64,000 nucleotides of DNA from a virus. The position numbers and the translations under genes are program-made. Positions 60,474-64,000 of this stretch are shown here, in pieces. The notes under the pieces were generated by a model. It made no database searches. It saw nothing but the letters and a program-made list of their open reading frames with translations, and was not told where the DNA came from. How positions within the stretch are numbered: the stretch's first letter is position 1; the number at the start of each line of letters is the position of its first letter. The DNA is taken from IMG/VR virus record IMGVR_UViG_3300049847_000663, positions 1-64,000 of that record, one strand, 5' to 3'.

Positions 60474-60923
60474 ATGAAATTTAAAAAGCTTCATGAAAAC
60501 GCTAAGCTCCCAACTCAGGCAACTACTGGATCTGCGGGCTACGACATTTATGCCGTAAAAGAAGAGTTCGTTGCTTCTCCTACAGGACCCATCTGGGAGT
60601 ATGAAACTGGATTGGCAGTAGAGATCCCTAAAGGCTTTGTTGGTCTTTTATGTGCTCGAAGTAGTGTTACTAAAAAAACTACTCTAAGTTTAGGTAATTG
60701 CGTTGGAATCATCGACAGCGATTATCGCGGAGAAATGAAGTTTCAGTTTAGAGATATAAAAAGCATGGGCGCTCCAACTAAGCGATTTGATTTAACTCAA
60801 GCCATTGGTCAACTAGTTGTAGTTCCTTATCACTCGTCTCCAGCGGAGTTTGTTGATAATTTAAGCGAAACAACTCGCGGTAGTGGCGGATTTGGTAGTA
60901 CCGATGTTAAGGATAAAAAATGA
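60474..60923 (+). CDS. dut: dUTPase (trimeric)
   Basis: GSAGYD; ARSS; GIIDSDYRGE; RGSGGFGST. Confidence 0.95.
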   Translation: MKFKKLHENAKLPTQATTGSAGYDIYAVKEEFVASPTGPIWEYETGLAVEIPKGFVGLLCARSSVTKKTTLSLGNCVGIIDSDYRGEMKFQFRDIKSMGAPTKRFDLTQAIGQLVVVPYHSSPAEFVDNLSETTRGSGGFGSTDVKDKK

Positions 60924-61625
60924 AAACTATTATTATCAGTGCTATTGTTTTTAGTTTAGGTTTATACTCAGGTATTTACATAGCTAATGCACCAAAGAAA
61001 ACTACTAAAATTGAAGTCGGAGATTGTGCTAAAATGAAAACTAGCACTATCCCATTTGCTTATTTAGTTACGGCTATAAATGGAACTGATGCTGAATTAG
61101 AAATGGCACCCGGACTATTAATGATTTATCCGATTGATCAATTAGAAAAAACAGATTGTCCAAAATAAAGGAAAAAATGACACATTTACAATTAGATCAA
61201 ATGTATTCTTCACTTTTTAGCGATGAAGTTATAAAAAATTATACACCATTCACGTTTGATATTACAAAACTAAATCCAACATTAGAGCCTAAAAACGTAG
61301 ACGCGTTTATGTTAAACGATTGTATTGTTGGATTATTGAAATCGAATGAAAGTTTAAGTCTGGTTGATTACAGTATAGAAAATTGCGGACTTATTATTAG
61401 AGCAAGAGTTAGTTATTTTTTAGCTAATGATGCTTTAAAAAACTATAATCAAGGTTGTATTATTTTTGGTACTATAATTAATGGAATGTTATTAAAAGCG
61501 GAACGATATAAAGATAAGCAAAATCAACAATTTAAATCGGTGACGTTTAAATCACCGAATGGATCAATTTTTAGAGAATTAGAAAGTACAAATGCATATG
61601 AGATCCGACTTTACGTGAAATTTTA

Positions 61626-62138
61626 ATGGTAAAAAAAGTTAACTACCTTGGTATTAATCATGAACTAGTTCCTAAGCATTTCAAAGGAAATCCTAAGTTC
61701 ATTAATTATTTTAATATTAATGGGATAGTTACTGCCGTTTATTTAAATAGTGATAAATTAGCTAAAAAATTATATGACTATAAGAAGTACATGCTTCTTT
61801 ATAAGCAAGACGATAAGTTTATGGTTTCTGGACTCGATAAACTTAATCATATAGTAAATGCCGTTAAATGTGATCTCTGTGGTGATGTTATTTATTCTTG
61901 TTATACACATGATTACAATACATGTTCTTGTCTTGAATCTTTTATCGATGGTGGACTTGATTATACTAGATATAACCCAGATAGCGCAAAAATTGGTACT
62001 TTAAATTTATTAAATGACACATTTAAGGAATCTAAAATTGGGAAAGATAAAAAACAGCAACAGATCCGAAGTAGAACATCTTCGCGGGGAAATAAGAAAG
62101 CTACGAAGCGAAATCAAAAGAATAAAACAAGAAAATAG
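61626..62138 (+). CDS. Hypothetical Zn-binding protein
   Basis: CDLCGDVIYS...HDYNTCSC...IDGG. Confidence 0.55.
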   Translation: MVKKVNYLGINHELVPKHFKGNPKFINYFNINGIVTAVYLNSDKLAKKLYDYKKYMLLYKQDDKFMVSGLDKLNHIVNAVKCDLCGDVIYSCYTHDYNTCSCLESFIDGGLDYTRYNPDSAKIGTLNLLNDTFKESKIGKDKKQQQIRSRTSSRGNKKATKRNQKNKTRK

Positions 62139-62327
62139 ATCTTTATCAAAAAAGTCTCATTTTTACGAAAATATAGTTGATGACGTTGCGGAAGAAATAG
62201 ACATGGCCCCTGAGATTTGCGAGAATTGCGGGAAAGGTCACATTGTCGTAATAGAACTTCCCCACTTGAATATTGAAACTTGCGATCTTTGTGAAAATCG
62301 ACAAACAGTTAAGAAAAGAAAAAAGTA

Positions 62328-62666
62328 ATGGAACCTAAAAAATTCCAATCTTGGTTAAAGGCGCATCTTAGAACAGCTTCCAAGTATTGGCCAGAAAAGA
62401 CTAAAGTTTATCATCGAGTCAAACAAGGTCGAGGTGAATATAAATGCGAAGCTTGTGGGATTGTTCTCCCTCAAAAACAGTTACAAATTGATCACATTGA
62501 ACCTGTAATTGATATAACCGGCTTTCATGACTGGAATACTTATATTGAGAGATTGTTTTGTGATTCTAGTAAGTTACAAGCTTTATGTAAACCGTGTCAT
62601 ATGAATAAAAGTCGAATTGAGAATGAAAAAAGAAGATTATTTAAAACAAATAAGAAAAAACGTTGA
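62328..62666 (+). CDS. HNH endonuclease
   Basis: CEACG...IDHIEP...LQALCKPCH. Confidence 0.85.
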   Translation: MEPKKFQSWLKAHLRTASKYWPEKTKVYHRVKQGRGEYKCEACGIVLPQKQLQIDHIEPVIDITGFHDWNTYIERLFCDSSKLQALCKPCHMNKSRIENEKRRLFKTNKKKR

Positions 62667-62691
62667 CAAAACTGTATAAATAATATACAGT
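62663..62691 (+). promoter_or_regulatory. Sigma70-type promoter overlapped by an 8-bp inverted repeat
   Basis: TTGACA-17-TACAGT; ACTGTATA-N5-TATACAGT. Confidence 0.65.
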
Positions 62692-62720
62692 AATTGTAAA
62701 GTAATTAGACAGGAGAAAAA

Positions 62721-63071
62721 ATGTCAAATGACGTAACATATACCGATGACCTAACCCTCGACTTTCCCGATGCGGAAGAAGTTCGAAATGAAACAACACC
62801 TAAAGAAGTTATTTATCGAAATAAAAAGCGCACGTTTCTTGCAAGCCTTGGAAGTGACATTTTAAATCGAGCCCGCACTCAAGGTATTTTCGATCATTCA
62901 GCAACATTAACTGCTAATTTTTTAGGGTTAACTTCAGAAGATCAAGAACGAATGATTAATGAAGTTATTGCAGTTGTACAAAATAATGGATTTAAAATTG
63001 AAGTTACGAAAAACGAAGATGGTTCACGTTTAGTTAAAGTTGACTGGAGTAAAACTGATGTTTCTAATTAA
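62721..63071 (+). CDS. Hypothetical protein
   Basis: AGGAG SD; 116 aa. Confidence 0.6.
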   Translation: MSNDVTYTDDLTLDFPDAEEVRNETTPKEVIYRNKKRTFLASLGSDILNRARTQGIFDHSATLTANFLGLTSEDQERMINEVIAVVQNNGFKIEVTKNEDGSRLVKVDWSKTDVSN

Positions 63072-63885
63072 TTTAATTCTTATTACATTTTCTTTCGCTT
63101 CAGTAAATCAACCTAAAACAAATAAAGAGCTTCGAAATGCTGCTGTAATGGTCGTTAATAACGAAATGTCAAGTGGGGGGACTGGCTCTATTTTAAAAAG
63201 CGATAATACGGGCTCTTTAATTTTAACTAATAAGCACGTTTGCCGTGTTGTTGAAAACGGAGGCTATATTATTCACGAAAGACTTCGCTCAAAAGTTGTT
63301 GCTTATAAAGTTTACACAAAACACGATCTGTGTATTATTAAAATTAAAAACAATCTAGGTGTTAATTTAAAGCTCGCTGATAAACGACCGGAAATGGCAG
63401 ATACCAGCGTAGTTTCTGGCTTTCCCCAGCTTAAACCTAACACGATCACTAGAGGTCACTTTTCCGACCTACTATTAGTTAATGTTATGGTTGGAGAAGA
63501 TGAATGTACCGAAGAGGAATTCCTTACTAATATGTATTGTATTTTTATGGGATTTAAGCCTCGAATCGAAACGTTCAAATCCCAACATACCTCTAATCTA
63601 ATTCAACCCGGAAATTCCGGTAGTGCCGTTTTTAATGGCGACGGTGATCTTGCTGGTGTGGTGTTTGCTGGAAGTGGAGATCTTGGATTTGCTTTAATTG
63701 TCCCTTATGATTTTGTTGTTGACTTTGTTAAAAATCAAGAAACATATCCATTTGTTAAGCCTACTTTTAATTTCACAATCATGACTGCATCTAGATCTAC
63801 CGATGCAATTAAAAATATATGTAATTTAATTGATATTGATCTTTGCAAGAAAACCGCATTTAATATGCCTTATATTTCGAGATAA
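63040..63885 (+). CDS. Secreted trypsin-like serine protease
   Basis: Signal peptide; LTNKHVC, HDLC and GNSGS triad motifs. Confidence 0.85.
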   Translation: MTGVKLMFLINLILITFSFASVNQPKTNKELRNAAVMVVNNEMSSGGTGSILKSDNTGSLILTNKHVCRVVENGGYIIHERLRSKVVAYKVYTKHDLCIIKIKNNLGVNLKLADKRPEMADTSVVSGFPQLKPNTITRGHFSDLLLVNVMVGEDECTEEEFLTNMYCIFMGFKPRIETFKSQHTSNLIQPGNSGSAVFNGDGDLAGVVFAGSGDLGFALIVPYDFVVDFVKNQETYPFVKPTFNFTIMTASRSTDAIKNICNLIDIDLCKKTAFNMPYISR

Positions 63886-63887
63886 TT

Positions 63888-64000
63888 ATGGAATATCTAC
63901 TTACTGTAGTCGCCACATTAGTCGCTCTTTATTTTTACCAAACCTCTAAACGAAAAGACGCTGAAGTTAATTCTCTAATTGCAAATACCAAAGGTCAAGA
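63888..64000 (+). CDS. N-terminally anchored protein, partial
   Basis: MEYLLTVVATLVALLFYQTSKRK..., runs off the window end. Confidence 0.5.
   Translation, partial: MEYLLTVVATLVALYFYQTSKRKDAEVNSLIANTKGQ

Noticed and set aside
62671-62691. E. coli-type LexA box
   Set aside because: The CTG-to-CAG spacing is 13 nt rather than 10; kept only as an unassigned inverted repeat.
1-64000. Genome-wide TAG reassignment
   Set aside because: Long genes are intact in the standard code, and TAG ends several tightly packed genes (e.g. 16091, 16510, 16922); only one internal TAG was noticed.

Overview
This AT-rich window is part of a large tailed dsDNA phage genome; no integrase is visible. The minus strand carries the virion module: TerL, portal, repeat-rich fibre-like proteins, scaffold, major capsid and tail fibres. 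It is split by a plus-strand island containing an M15 endolysin. The plus strand from about 25 kb carries many small ORFs, a MoxR-AAA/vWA pair, recombination and replication genes (PD-(D/E)XK nuclease, ERF, primase-helicase, PolB), nucleotide metabolism genes (Ung, intein-containing NrdJ, ThyX, dUTPase) and several secreted hydrolases. Four things stand out. (1) The capsid gene is split by a 1459-nt group I intron (12384-13842) carrying two homing endonuclease ORFs. The LAGLIDADG cassette sits inside the P7 guanosine-binding helix of the catalytic core, so splicing of this essential gene needs an explanation. (2) Five sigma28/FliA-type promoters (TAAAGTTT-N11-GCCGATAA) cluster at 30.5-35.1 kb, alongside separate sigma70-type promoters and a phage late motif. 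This hints at a host with FliA-driven transcription, possibly Bdellovibrionota (inference). (3) A promoter-defined tRNA-like ncRNA of about 209 nt lies next to an atypical tRNA. (4) A Gln-terminated intein sits at the NrdJ catalytic cysteine. All calls come from reading motifs by eye; no database search was run.
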